A stretch of 64,000 bases of DNA from Candidatus Culexmicrobium cathedralense (GTDB lineage: Archaea > Thermoproteota > Methanomethylicia > Culexarchaeales > Culexmicrobiaceae): positions 160,001 through 224,000 of the forward strand of contig JANZKC010000001.1 of NCBI GenBank assembly GCA_025061115.1. The letters run 5' to 3'. Position numbers and translations under genes: made by a program. How positions within the stretch are numbered: position 1 is the first letter of the stretch; each line of letters begins with the position of its first letter. This document shows, in pieces, positions 40,034 to 50,277 of the stretch. A model generated the notes under the pieces. That model saw nothing but the letters and a program-made list of their open reading frames with translations. It was not told where the DNA came from and ran no database searches.

Positions 40034-41431
40034 TTAGCTTTGCGGAGCCTTGAATCTACCCCTAACTACTCCAGCTGCACTGCGCTCATCCCTAGTCAAT
40101 TCGAAGATGGTCTTCATAAGATCAACTTCAGCTTCACTTGGAGCTTTACCCCTCCTAGAATATACCCTGAACATGGTTTTTATAGCGGAATTCAAGTATA
40201 GTTCCACAGCTCCAAAGCCGAGGCTTTTAGCGTAAATTGTAAATGAAGGAACATCTTCAAATATTACTCCATATAAGTGAGAGGCAAAACCAACAGTTTT
40301 ACCGGTCCAAATTTGACATCCAATTGCGGTTTTAACGTGATCAGCAATAAAGCATCCAACCTTAATTTTTCCCGTTTCAACCATGCGATTTGAAACTCTA
40401 ACTTTAACATTTCCATAAGTGTTCTTCAAGTCTGAATTGACTGTTAAAGCACCAATATTAACCCACTCCCCAACATAGGAGTGGCCTATGAAGCCCACAT
40501 GATACATATTAACATAACCATGAAAGATGGACTCCTCAACTTCACCTCCAACTCTACATGTATCTCCAATACTCGATCCACCTCTAATTCTGGCTCCACT
40601 CAAAATTCTCGTTTTACATCCAATGTAGCAAGGGCCTTCAATTCTCGCCGGCCCTTGAACCTCAACATCATCTCCAATGAATACTTGACCACGTCTAGCA
40701 TCAATACTCACATGACCTTCAACCTTAGCATTACCTGCAATGTAAATATTGTTGGGTGAGCCATAAATTGCAACTTTATCTTCAACATCTCCATTTATTC
40801 CTGGGGCTTGAACTATCAAATTGAAGTCGAACTGCATTAATGAACTATTATAATCGATGAGATCCCACAAAAAACACACCATTGAAATATTTGAAGTCTT
40901 AATGAAGTCGACGGCAGGTTTAAGCTTGAGGAAGCAGCCTCTAGTAACTAATCCACCCGAGGACCCACTTAAAACATCTAATGCTTGATTCCTCTTCAGC
41001 TTTGCTGCAATAATGCTACTTCCATCTTCACTCAGAACCACCCTACTTCCCCCTCTCATCAAACGCTCTAGAATCAACATGGAATTTTCATTTACAACTA
41101 GCCTCCCATTGACGAATAGAGCGTCATCATCAATGTTATCAGGAGAATTTACATGGAAACCTGCACGCCTTTCAGCTTCAACTTTAGATAGGTAATCTCT
41201 AGTAAATAGAAACGCGGATTTGAAATTCAGAACTTTAAGCAATCTGTCCAAAAAAGTGAGGATGCCTACTCTTAATTCATATACTGGCCTCGAATAAGCT
41301 AGTGGCAGGAAGTTGGAAAAGTAGTCATCTTCAAAAACTACTAGGCGCAACATCATCACCCATAGCCAATACAATTTACTTAATGCACATATTTTTCTTT
41401 TTATTATCTGAAATTTCAAATTAACATACAT
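40034..41431 (-). CDS. GlmU-related putative sugar nucleotidyltransferase with left-handed beta-helix
   Basis: FEDD...FLPL..SRPVYELRVG, hexapeptide repeats, HVGFIGHSYVGEWVNIGA...SDLKN; true start probably ~41356. Confidence 0.85.
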   Translation of the reverse strand: MYVNLKFQIIKRKICALSKLYWLWVMMLRLVVFEDDYFSNFLPLAYSRPVYELRVGILTFLDRLLKVLNFKSAFLFTRDYLSKVEAERRAGFHVNSPDNIDDDALFVNGRLVVNENSMLILERLMRGGSRVVLSEDGSSIIAAKLKRNQALDVLSGSSGGLVTRGCFLKLKPAVDFIKTSNISMVCFLWDLIDYNSSLMQFDFNLIVQAPGINGDVEDKVAIYGSPNNIYIAGNAKVEGHVSIDARRGQVFIGDDVEVQGPARIEGPCYIGCKTRILSGARIRGGSSIGDTCRVGGEVEESIFHGYVNMYHVGFIGHSYVGEWVNIGALTVNSDLKNTYGNVKVRVSNRMVETGKIKVGCFIADHVKTAIGCQIWTGKTVGFASHLYGVIFEDVPSFTIYAKSLGFGAVELYLNSAIKTMFRVYSRRGKAPSEAEVDLMKTIFELTRDERSAAGVVRGRFKAPQS

Positions 41432-41486
41432 ATTTTAAGCCCCTTATATAAAGATGAACTGCATATAGCTTACTGGAGAGAAGCAA

Positions 41487-42455
41487 ATGAAAGGACACTT
41501 AGTTTTCGTGGGCCACATTTCAATGGATAAAGTTAGGAATATTCATGGTGAAAGGCAGCAGCCTGGAGGAGCAGCTCTCTATGCTGCACTTGCCGCTAAG
41601 ACGTTATTCCCAGACGTTAGAATTGTATCTTCAGTTGGTAAGGACTTCAAGTACATGGATATCCTAAAGAATTTTAGTAAATGTGAAGTAAAATTAGTCG
41701 ACCTTCCATCAACCAAGTTCACGATAGAGTATGATGATAAGTGGAGAGCAAAATACTCTAAAGCAGTGATTGGAGCTGGAATGCAAATCAAAGTAACTAG
41801 CATACCTATAACTTGGTTGACGTCAAATACCATAGTCCACCTATGTCCAATGAAGCCTCTCAAAGTAGAGAAGATGATTGACCGAATCAAGCGCTACTCT
41901 CCAAAAACAAAAGTTTCAGTTAATTCTTGGATTGGATACATGAAAAATAGGGTTAATAGAGAGGCGCTTAGAAGAATTGCATCTAAAGTAGACTTCTTCA
42001 TCGTAAATGAGCGCGAAGTAAAAGCTCTAACTAGAACGGACTCGCTAATCCACGCAATAAATCTAATTGACTGTAAAATGCTCGTAGTCACTCTTGGAGA
42101 GCTAGGTGCAATAGTCAGCACCAATGGAGAAGTAACCATGATACCAGCACTCCGCACAGCTACACAAAAGGTAATTGACACCACTGGAGCTGGAGACTGC
42201 TGGTGCGGCGCTTTTCTTGCAGCTTACAAGTTAACTGAAGATATATCCAGAGCAATTACAACTGCATCTATAATTTCAAGTATAAAGTGCAGTGGATGGG
42301 GCTTCGAAAAGCTACTCAAATTAAAATTCAACAAGGTAGATGATGTAGCTAAGTATGTACTTAGAATGCGGGAAAAGTCGGTTCAAAGAGTTTTAACCGA
42401 ATTTATAGAAGCGAAGAAAACTTCTTCTTCAAATCATTTCTGCTTGAAAGTATGA
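41487..42455 (+). CDS. PfkB/ribokinase family kinase with C-terminal PIP-box-like motif
   Basis: PGGAALYAA, NERE, VTLGELGA, DTTGAGD; tail QRVLTEFI. Confidence 0.88.
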   Translation: MKGHLVFVGHISMDKVRNIHGERQQPGGAALYAALAAKTLFPDVRIVSSVGKDFKYMDILKNFSKCEVKLVDLPSTKFTIEYDDKWRAKYSKAVIGAGMQIKVTSIPITWLTSNTIVHLCPMKPLKVEKMIDRIKRYSPKTKVSVNSWIGYMKNRVNREALRRIASKVDFFIVNEREVKALTRTDSLIHAINLIDCKMLVVTLGELGAIVSTNGEVTMIPALRTATQKVIDTTGAGDCWCGAFLAAYKLTEDISRAITTASIISSIKCSGWGFEKLLKLKFNKVDDVAKYVLRMREKSVQRVLTEFIEAKKTSSSNHFCLKV

Positions 42456-43470
42456 CCCACAAGTGGTCTTGAACTGGCTCTCTGACAGTTAGTACGGAGC
42501 CATCTCTCCTAATGAGCTTCATTCCCTCTTTCTCCTCAACAACTTCGCCAATGATTGAAGCTTTAATGCCGGAATTCCTTAGCGCTTCAACTATTTCATC
42601 CGCCTTACTTGGCTTAGAAGTAATTATCATTGAGCCAGAACTTATCGTTTGCAGAGGATCAGCTCCAAGCACCTTGCATATGCCTTCAGTCTCAGCATTA
42701 ATAATCACTTTTTCTTCCAAAATTCTGAATCCAACATTGGACGCTTTAGCCAGTTCTTGAAGGCCTCCAAGAACTCCTCCCTCAGTCGGATCATGCATTG
42801 CAGTTACGCCACCAACTTCAACTGCAATCATTGCTTCCTTAAGGACACTTATCAACTCAATGTACTTCTTAGCTCTCTCAACTAAATCTGCTCCCAACTT
42901 AGCTTTCAAGAAGTCTTCAAATTCATAAGCGAAAATAGCTGTTCCTTCAATTGCAGCTCCCTTAGTTAAAATTATCTTGTCACCAACTCTAGCTCCACTC
43001 GTCGTAACATACTTATCCTTCGATGCTTCACCAATAGCTGTTGATATTAATATTGGCCTGTTAAGTCCTGGAGTAACCTCCGTATGGCCACATACAATCA
43101 TTATTCCAAGCTTTTTAGCAGCATCATCTATTTGCTTAGTAATCTCATCTAGTAGTTGAGAATCAGCATTTTCGGGAAGAAGAATGACCATTGAAATCCA
43201 CTTTGGCTTAGCCCCTCTAGTTGCAACGTCATTTGAACTCACATTTACAGCTAACCAGCCAATATTTTCAATAGCACCAGTAATTGGATCCGAATGGAGA
43301 ACAAGAACCCTATCACCAAAATCTATAATTGCAGCATCCTCGCCAATTTTTGGCTTAACTAAAACTCTCGGATCATCAACTCCAATTCTATTAAAAACCA
43401 GTGATTCAAGCACATCTGGAGAAAGCTTGCCCAACGGAAGTTCTAATTTAGATTTTTCATCAAGCTTCAT
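42403..43470 (-). CDS. AIR synthase/PurM-like superfamily protein (HypE-related, not HypE)
   Basis: GEDAA, DPITGA, ND.A..GA.P, GHTEVT, MHDPTEGG; no C-terminal PRIC. Confidence 0.85.
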   Translation of the reverse strand: MKLDEKSKLELPLGKLSPDVLESLVFNRIGVDDPRVLVKPKIGEDAAIIDFGDRVLVLHSDPITGAIENIGWLAVNVSSNDVATRGAKPKWISMVILLPENADSQLLDEITKQIDDAAKKLGIMIVCGHTEVTPGLNRPILISTAIGEASKDKYVTTSGARVGDKIILTKGAAIEGTAIFAYEFEDFLKAKLGADLVERAKKYIELISVLKEAMIAVEVGGVTAMHDPTEGGVLGGLQELAKASNVGFRILEEKVIINAETEGICKVLGADPLQTISSGSMIITSKPSKADEIVEALRNSGIKASIIGEVVEEKEGMKLIRRDGSVLTVREPVQDHLWVILSSRNDLKKKFSSLL

Positions 43471-43480
43471 AACTATCACC

Positions 43481-44242
43481 TCACAATTTAGATCCAATAG
43501 CCCTTGAAACTCCATGAACTATAAACGCTGAAACAATTGCTCCGATAAGCATTTGACAGATGTTAAATGGGACTTCAGCAAGCGCTGCCAAACCAAATGA
43601 CATTACATAACATTCGTAGATAAAGTAGCCTAAAACCATTTCTAATCCACCAATAAGCGTCGACAACATACTAAGTGCAGAGCCCCTACCAACCTTCAAT
43701 TCGAAGTAAGTTAGGAGAATGAGTAATAGCAATGAAGGCAAAATCCAAAATGCGCTTGGAATTTCAATGTATATTGTAGTGTACTCGATGTATGGAGGTA
43801 AGCCTATTGATAGTTCCATCAAACCACTATACAGGGTGGAGCCCACATAGTATATCGTAGCTGAAGAAGCAACCGCCGCTAAGAGGCTTATTAATCTCAA
43901 CCAAGTTTTAGAGTGAAAGCGCTTGAAAGTTAGGCTTAGAAATCCGACTATGAAGCCCTCCAAACCCTTAATAATTAGAGTTCCAGGAGCATAATAGCCG
44001 TAGCCGGACAAAAGATCTGCAAGTGCAGATCCAATTCCACCTGCAAGGCCGCCCACTATAGGCCCGAAGATCAATGCTGAAGTGTAAACTGCAACCTCAC
44101 CAACATTAAAGTACCCATGAGTTTCAGGTATGTAAACTTGAAAGACTAAAGTTGCTACGCAAACCAGAGCAGACATCAAAGCAGTAATGCTGATCGACCG
44201 AGCTGTAAGCAGCTTGAAAACCATCAACACCACCCCAATCAA
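43481..44242 (-). CDS. ECF transporter S-component with internal insertion
   Basis: ALMSALV, GYFNVGE, GGIGSALADL, YAPGTLIIKG, E.PFNI.Q. Confidence 0.85.
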   Translation of the reverse strand: MIGVVLMVFKLLTARSISITALMSALVCVATLVFQVYIPETHGYFNVGEVAVYTSALIFGPIVGGLAGGIGSALADLLSGYGYYAPGTLIIKGLEGFIVGFLSLTFKRFHSKTWLRLISLLAAVASSATIYYVGSTLYSGLMELSIGLPPYIEYTTIYIEIPSAFWILPSLLLLILLTYFELKVGRGSALSMLSTLIGGLEMVLGYFIYECYVMSFGLAALAEVPFNICQMLIGAIVSAFIVHGVSRAIGSKL

Positions 44243-44363
44243 ATTGCAAGCAAAGGCAGTGATAGATTAATAAAAGAAGTATTTAACTTCATATTTAAGC
44301 CTCAATATCCATGTAGGCAACTGCGAAGTATTTAAGCCAATTAAAACTAGTTTACTTGAGAAC

Positions 44364-45119
44364 ATGGAAAGTGTAAAAGAAGCTAAAGATAGTATAAGGA
44401 GAAGAATTTGGGAAATAATGGAAAATAAGGGCATAGCTGCATTTCCAAGGCCAGTATATGGTAGAATTCCAAATTTCATTGGAGCAGAGACAGCAGCTAG
44501 GAACCTATTAAAGCTAAAATTCATACGCAAGGCAAGTGTAGTTAAGGTTAATCCAGACTCTCCTCAAAAGCCAGTTAGGGAGCTAATATTGAAAATGGGC
44601 ATAAAACTGCTAATGCCATCTCCGAGACTTAGAAGTGGATTCATACTTCTCGACCCCCTCAAAATTCCTAAAAGCAAAATAAGCAAAGCATCCACAATAA
44701 GAGGCGCCTTCACTTATGGAGAGCCAATTGAACTGAAAAACATCCCGAAAGTAGACGTCATAATTATAGGTTCAGTTGCAGTTACGCGAGAGGGATATAG
44801 AATTGGTAAAGGAGGCGGCTACAGCGAATTGGAGTACGCAATTTTAAGAGAAGTAAAAGCAGTAAGCGCCGACACTCCTATAATAACGACGATTCATGAA
44901 GTACAGTTAGTAGATGAAGCCCCACATGAAGACCATGATGTTCCAGTAGACTACATAGTTACTCCAAAAAGAATCATCGGAGTTGTCCCCAAAAAGCCTA
45001 AACCAAGTGGAATAATTTGGAGCAAGATTACGAATAAAATGATCACAAGCATGCCCATATTAGCTGAGCTCAAAAAGCACCTAGAAAACTCGAATAAAAT
45101 CACTGAGCGGAATTCATAG
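44364..45119 (+). CDS. 5-formyltetrahydrofolate cyclo-ligase paralog (COG0212/MTHFSD type)
   Basis: GRIPNFIGA, KVNPDSPQ, GSVAV...G.RIGKGGGY..LEY, HDVPVD...TP. Confidence 0.88.
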   Translation: MESVKEAKDSIRRRIWEIMENKGIAAFPRPVYGRIPNFIGAETAARNLLKLKFIRKASVVKVNPDSPQKPVRELILKMGIKLLMPSPRLRSGFILLDPLKIPKSKISKASTIRGAFTYGEPIELKNIPKVDVIIIGSVAVTREGYRIGKGGGYSELEYAILREVKAVSADTPIITTIHEVQLVDEAPHEDHDVPVDYIVTPKRIIGVVPKKPKPSGIIWSKITNKMITSMPILAELKKHLENSNKITERNS

Positions 45120-45124
45120 CAAAT

Positions 45125-46192
45125 CTAGCGGTACTTAATCTCACCCATATTCTTAGCAGGATAATAGCCAGGATATTTACTTACAAAACTAGCTGACTGC
45201 TTTAAAACTTTAAGGAAAACCTCAACGGCAGGTTTATTCAGCTTCCTTAGAGGAATGGCGAAATCAAATTGCTCCCACGTTACGTGTAGACTCCTCAAAT
45301 TATAAAGGCGAGCAGCATATTTGAGCGTTAGGCAAACATCCGCCCTACCTGTAGCTACCGCCCTGACAACATCAAAATGCGTTGTGTACTCAGTTTCAAA
45401 ACCCTTCACAACCTTCAAGTCGACGCTCCTCTGCCTAAGCAGATATTCGAGAAAAAGCCTTGTTCCAGAGCCCTTATTTCGATTAGCAACAGACAATTCC
45501 CCACTAGCCAATCCACTAAAAACCTCGTTTAGATCATCAACTTCCAGCCCTGGCCTTAAAGCAAATACGAGCTCCCTTTCATATCCACTTATCAGAACCA
45601 CATCACCACTCAACATGAACCTATCGAGGTACGTAATGTTAAAGCAATTCCTTTCAGGGTCATACAAATGCAATCCAGCGACATCTGCTTCTCCCAGAAA
45701 TATGCTCGCCAAGCCTCCAATTGAACCTGTCCATTGAACTTCAACATCACTCAAACCCTTCGAGCGAGCAATGCCAATTAGGTGCTCCAATAAAGGATCA
45801 TGGCTTCCCATAACAACCAAGTCAGGCGATGGTCTCTCAGCAACTGAAATCACGCTGAGAAGTTCAGCACAAGGCCTGATTTTCTCAATGGCATTTGAGT
45901 ATATTTGAAGAAGCTTCTTAGCATGAACAGTTAATCTAGCACCTCCACCACCTCTACCTCCACGCCTTGCATCTATAAGCTTCAATCCAAGAAGACCCTC
46001 AACCTTAGAGATCCTCTCCCAAACTCTCGAATAAGACAAGCCTAAACTCCTGCATGCAGTTAATAAGCTACCCTTCTTATCAACCAACTTTAAAACTTGA
46101 GCCAGCCTAGAATCTAAAACTACTTTGCCGTGGCGCATGAGATAAACTTCAACTCCAACACGCACGTTCAATTCATCATTAAGGGAGTGCAT
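45125..46192 (-). CDS. ModE-type HTH fused to periplasmic-binding (molybdate/tungstate) domain
   Basis: GSLLTACRSLGLSYSRVW, RGGRGGGGARLT, GSHD, NRNKGSGTR, TH..V...V..G.AD. Confidence 0.85.
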   Translation of the reverse strand: MHSLNDELNVRVGVEVYLMRHGKVVLDSRLAQVLKLVDKKGSLLTACRSLGLSYSRVWERISKVEGLLGLKLIDARRGGRGGGGARLTVHAKKLLQIYSNAIEKIRPCAELLSVISVAERPSPDLVVMGSHDPLLEHLIGIARSKGLSDVEVQWTGSIGGLASIFLGEADVAGLHLYDPERNCFNITYLDRFMLSGDVVLISGYERELVFALRPGLEVDDLNEVFSGLASGELSVANRNKGSGTRLFLEYLLRQRSVDLKVVKGFETEYTTHFDVVRAVATGRADVCLTLKYAARLYNLRSLHVTWEQFDFAIPLRKLNKPAVEVFLKVLKQSASFVSKYPGYYPAKNMGEIKYR

Positions 46193-46406
46193 TAAACGGG
46201 CCTCCTCAGATCTAAGTTATCGAGTAAAAATTAACTTTCGATGAAATTAAAGTTAGCTTAATTCTTTTACTCTTAGTAATGTCAATAAGTTCAGCTTATC
46301 CCAGTCAAGTAAGTCTTGATTAAATCTCCATTAAAATTTACGTAGATAAAGCTCAATCCTAGTCCGATCATAAAATAAATGTTATATTTAACGCATCTAA
46401 AAATGA

Positions 46407-46721
46407 TTGGTGATGAGCATGATAATTGTTGAATTCAGCATTGCACCTTTAGGTGTAAGTGAAAGCATAAGCAGGTATGTGGCAGAAGCCATAAGAGTAC
46501 TTGAAGCAGAAGGAGTAAAGTACCAGCTTACGCCAATGTGCACAATATTCGAAGTCGAAAACATTGAGGATGCATTCAAAATAATCGTGAAAGCACATAA
46601 CGCAGTTTTGAAGGCTGGCGCTAAAAGGGTTTTAACTTCAATTAAAATCGACGATAGAAGAGATGTTGAGAGAAAGATGGAGGATAATGTTAAGTCGGTA
46701 CTGGATAAATTGAAGGGCTGA
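46407..46721 (+). CDS. MTH1187 family thiamine-binding protein
   Basis: EFSIAPLG...S.S.YVA, YQLTPMCT.FE, KIDDRRD. Confidence 0.88.
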   Translation: MVMSMIIVEFSIAPLGVSESISRYVAEAIRVLEAEGVKYQLTPMCTIFEVENIEDAFKIIVKAHNAVLKAGAKRVLTSIKIDDRRDVERKMEDNVKSVLDKLKG

Positions 46722-46726
46722 AGCAG

Positions 46727-47332
46727 TTGAAAATAAAAGCGGACCTACACATCCACTCAACATACTCTGGGGATAGCGTCTTAACCGTAGATGAAATAGT
46801 AAAGTATTATTCGGAAAATAACTTTGGAGCAATTGCAGTAACAGATCACGACTCATTCAAGGGAGCAATTGAAGCGAGAAAGTTAGCTAAAAGAATGAAT
46901 CTAAATTTAATTGTAATCCTAGGAGCCGAAGTTGAAACTAATGATGGTGAAATCATAGTTTTAACCGACAAGGAGCTTCCATTTCTACCAGTTAATGCTG
47001 AAAAGCTAATCGAAGAAGTTAGGAAAAATGGCGGAGTCACGTACGCACCTCATCCATTCGACTTTAAAAGAAGAAGTTTAGGAGATAAAGTTTTTCAATT
47101 AAATGGCTTAGATGCCATCGAAGTTTTAAATGCTAATTCAAGCAAGAGAGCAAATAGGCTAGCTCTCAGAGCTGCTAAAATACTCAACAAACCTGGATTA
47201 GCAAATAGTGATGCTCATGCCGACTGGCAATTAGGTAAAGCTTATACTATTCTCGAGGTAGGTGAACTGAGCGTCAAAGAAGTTTTAAACGCGATTAAAA
47301 ATGGAAAAATTGCTGGAAGAAAAATAAAATAG
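46727..47332 (+). CDS. PHP domain metal-dependent phosphoesterase
   Basis: DLHIHS..S.D, VTDHD, PHPF, SDAH. Confidence 0.88.
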   Translation: MKIKADLHIHSTYSGDSVLTVDEIVKYYSENNFGAIAVTDHDSFKGAIEARKLAKRMNLNLIVILGAEVETNDGEIIVLTDKELPFLPVNAEKLIEEVRKNGGVTYAPHPFDFKRRSLGDKVFQLNGLDAIEVLNANSSKRANRLALRAAKILNKPGLANSDAHADWQLGKAYTILEVGELSVKEVLNAIKNGKIAGRKIK

Positions 47333-47368
47333 AAAGGTAAATTAAGTTAAAAGCGACATTTAAAAGTC

Positions 47369-48169
47369 ATGGAGGTCACATTCATGAAATACTATCCACT
47401 AGATCTAGCAAGAGTAGTTTACATGCCTAAAAGGAAACTCTATTTAATTACCGTCATCCTGCCTGAAGAACCTAGAGCTATAGCAGCAGTCGTCGAAAAG
47501 CTAAATGAAGCCAACATTGAAATATTAACGGTTTACGGCTATGCATTCATGAGAAAGAAAGTGGGGCACCTCAGCCTCATAGTAGATCTTACTGAAAGTT
47601 CATTCACAATTGAGAAGCTCATAGATGGACTTGAAAAAATGCCCGAAGTATTATCTGTGGAATATGTTGAACCTGAAGAGCCTGGACTAATAATTGACAA
47701 GTACCACTTCCCAATCCTATATGGTGCGGGAAGAGCAGTGCTTTTTGATATTGGAACGCTATCAGCAATGTTCGAAGAGATGAGAAAGCAGTGGGGTTCA
47801 GCAGGTGAGGCTCTCATCTACTACCTGGGATACGCTGCAGGAAGGAATTATGCTAAGCACATCATGGAAAGATACGAGGAACTCAGCATGAGGCAATTAA
47901 GCTTAATCCTAAGAGACATCGGGCAAGCTTACGGCTGGGCAATTCTAGACACTGAAATCAGAGAAGAGGAGATAGTAGTAAAGGCTAAAGAGCTTTTTGA
48001 ATGCAAACCGATTGAAGGAATGCGGAGCAAGCCGTACAGCCAATTCTTTAGAGGCTACATTAGTGGAGTTGCAAGTGAAATTCTCGGAAAAGAAATGATT
48101 GCAGAGGAGGTAAAATGCATATCTAAAGGAGATGAACACTGCGAATTCGTCATTAAAGAAAAGAAGTAG
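47369..48169 (+). CDS. ACT + V4R domain sensor protein
   Basis: ACT-like N-terminus; FFRGY..G...E.KCISKGDEHCEF. Confidence 0.8.
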   Translation: MEVTFMKYYPLDLARVVYMPKRKLYLITVILPEEPRAIAAVVEKLNEANIEILTVYGYAFMRKKVGHLSLIVDLTESSFTIEKLIDGLEKMPEVLSVEYVEPEEPGLIIDKYHFPILYGAGRAVLFDIGTLSAMFEEMRKQWGSAGEALIYYLGYAAGRNYAKHIMERYEELSMRQLSLILRDIGQAYGWAILDTEIREEEIVVKAKELFECKPIEGMRSKPYSQFFRGYISGVASEILGKEMIAEEVKCISKGDEHCEFVIKEKK

Positions 48170-48177
48170 ATGCAGGA

Positions 48178-48372
48178 CTAAGCTTTTAAAATTACAGCCT
48201 GCCTTTCCGCATCCACTTCAATTATACCAGTACAACTTAAATTCAAGATAGATCCATCCTCACGAAGCACGGTTACGGTTCCATCAGCAAACTTCACATT
48301 TAATGCATCCTTACTTATAAGCTTAGGATCCCCATCCTCCAATAAGTAAACCCTCAGTTTAAACTCGCACAT
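48178..48372 (-). CDS. CooT-like small nickel-binding protein
   Basis: N-terminal MCE; 64 aa, beta-rich, IEVD..R..V.L. Confidence 0.6.
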   Translation of the reverse strand: MCEFKLRVYLLEDGDPKLISKDALNVKFADGTVTVLREDGSILNLSCTGIIEVDAERQAVILKA

Positions 48373-48563
48373 GCTTCCACCCGCCTATTCGAGCACTAGA
48401 GTTAGATTGACAAATATAAGATTTAACGATATCGTTCAGAATGCTCAACTATAAATCAAGCTAAATAGAGATTAATTTAACCATAAATATCCATTTAACA
48501 GGTAAAGCTTTAACTTAAAAGATAGCAATAACTTACTAATAACTATAATACGGAGGGAAAAAG

Positions 48564-49757
48564 GTGACTGGACCTCTAACCGGCATTCGAGTTTTAGATG
48601 CTTCTAGAATTTTAGCTGGACCATTTTGCACGATGCTTCTTGGAGATCTAGGAGCAGAAATCATTAAAGTTGAAATGCCAGGAATAGGCGATGGAAGTAG
48701 AGCTTGGGGCCCACCATTCATTAAAGGTGAAAGCGCATATTACTTATCGATAAATAGGAACAAGAAGAGCATCACAATTAATTTGAAGCACCCAAAGGGT
48801 AGGGAAATTATTTATAAGCTAGTTGAAATGAGCGACGTATTCATTGAAAACTTTAGGCCAAGCGTAGCTGAAAAGCTGGGCGTAAGTTATGATAAACTTA
48901 AGAGAGTTAATCCTAAGATAATTTACTGCTCAATAAGTGGATTCGGCCAAACTGGGCCATACAAAGATAAACGGGCCTACGACCTACTCATACAAGCAAT
49001 GTCCGGATTCATGGGGATCACAGGAGAGCCAAATAGACCTCCAGTTAGAATTGGAGTAGCAATAATGGATTTAGGCGCCGGCATGTATGCAGCAATATCA
49101 ATTTTAGCTGCACTAATTGCAAGAGAAAAAACGGGAAAGGGGCAGAAAATCGACATTTCACTTCTAGACACGGGAGTTTCATGGCTAACTTATATGGCGA
49201 TGAACTACTTCGCAACCGGAAGAAATCCGCCGAAAATGGGGTCAGCCCACCCAAATCTCGTGCCATATCAATGCTTTGAAGATAAAAATGGAAGATACTT
49301 TGCAGTAGCAGTTGGAAATGACGAGCACTGGAAGAGGCTATGCAAAGCACTTGAACTCCAAGATTGGATTGACAATCCAAAATATGCCACCAATGCGAAA
49401 AGAGTTGAGCATAGAGATGAAATAGTGAAAGCTCTAAGTGAACTATTTAAATCCAAAACACGGGAAGAATGGCTAAAACTACTTGAAGAAGAGGGGGTTC
49501 CATGCGCTCCAGTATATGAAGTTAGTGAAGCACTTTCAAATCCCCAAATTATACACCGGGAAATGGTTATTGAAATAGAGCACCCAACTATTGGAAAATT
49601 GAAGCAGCTTGGCACTCCAATGAAATTGTCAGAAACACCTTGCCAAATAAGGTATCCGCCACCACTTCTCGGACAACACACCAAAGAAATCCTAAAAGAA
49701 TTGCTTGGCTATAGTGATGAAGAAATAGAGGAGCTGAGAAAAATTGGAGCCATATAA
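48564..49757 (+). CDS. Family III CoA-transferase (CaiB/BaiF)
   Basis: PLTGIRVLD, LAGPFC, NRNKKSI, ENFRP, SGFGQTGP, catalytic Asp in IMDLGAG. Confidence 0.93.
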   Translation: MTGPLTGIRVLDASRILAGPFCTMLLGDLGAEIIKVEMPGIGDGSRAWGPPFIKGESAYYLSINRNKKSITINLKHPKGREIIYKLVEMSDVFIENFRPSVAEKLGVSYDKLKRVNPKIIYCSISGFGQTGPYKDKRAYDLLIQAMSGFMGITGEPNRPPVRIGVAIMDLGAGMYAAISILAALIAREKTGKGQKIDISLLDTGVSWLTYMAMNYFATGRNPPKMGSAHPNLVPYQCFEDKNGRYFAVAVGNDEHWKRLCKALELQDWIDNPKYATNAKRVEHRDEIVKALSELFKSKTREEWLKLLEEEGVPCAPVYEVSEALSNPQIIHREMVIEIEHPTIGKLKQLGTPMKLSETPCQIRYPPPLLGQHTKEILKELLGYSDEEIEELRKIGAI

Positions 49758-49868
49758 ATCTAAGCAGCAAATCCGCTCAACTCAGAAATGCAACGCGACT
49801 TTCCAAATTCAAAGCCAATTAATTCACGATTAGAAAAAATTATTAGATAATAATATGCTCCTAAGAGT

Positions 49869-50270
49869 GTGCACGAAGCATCAATAGCTCAAAACATCAT
49901 ACAAATAGCCGTTAAAGTAGCTATAGAAAACAATGCAAAGAAAATTCACAAAATAACCATTGTGGTAGGCGAGCTACACTTCCTAGACTTAGAAGCCCTA
50001 AAATTCGCTTTCCAAGTACTTTCTGAAAACACTTTAGCCGAAAAAGCTGAACTGAATGTTAAGCTATCACCAGCAAAGTTCAAGTGCTCAAATTGCGGAG
50101 AAGAATGGGAGTTTAGCCTAAGCAAAATTGGAGATAATGCAATTGGTAAACTCCACTTTACTCCAGACCTAATCATCAACTTTTTGAAGTGCCCACGCTG
50201 CAATTCAAGTGAATTTGAAATTACAAGTGGAAAAGAGCTTTACGTCGAAAACATTGAAGTAACAGTCTAA
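49869..50270 (+). CDS. hypA: Hydrogenase nickel insertion protein HypA
   Basis: MHE N-terminus, CSNC and CPRC, GKEL.V..IEV. Confidence 0.92.
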   Translation: MHEASIAQNIIQIAVKVAIENNAKKIHKITIVVGELHFLDLEALKFAFQVLSENTLAEKAELNVKLSPAKFKCSNCGEEWEFSLSKIGDNAIGKLHFTPDLIINFLKCPRCNSSEFEITSGKELYVENIEVTV

Positions 50271-50277
50271 ATATTGT

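Noticed and set aside
42403-43470. Calling this gene hypE because hypA/hypB are nearby
   Set aside because: It lacks the C-terminal PR(I/V)C required for HypE function
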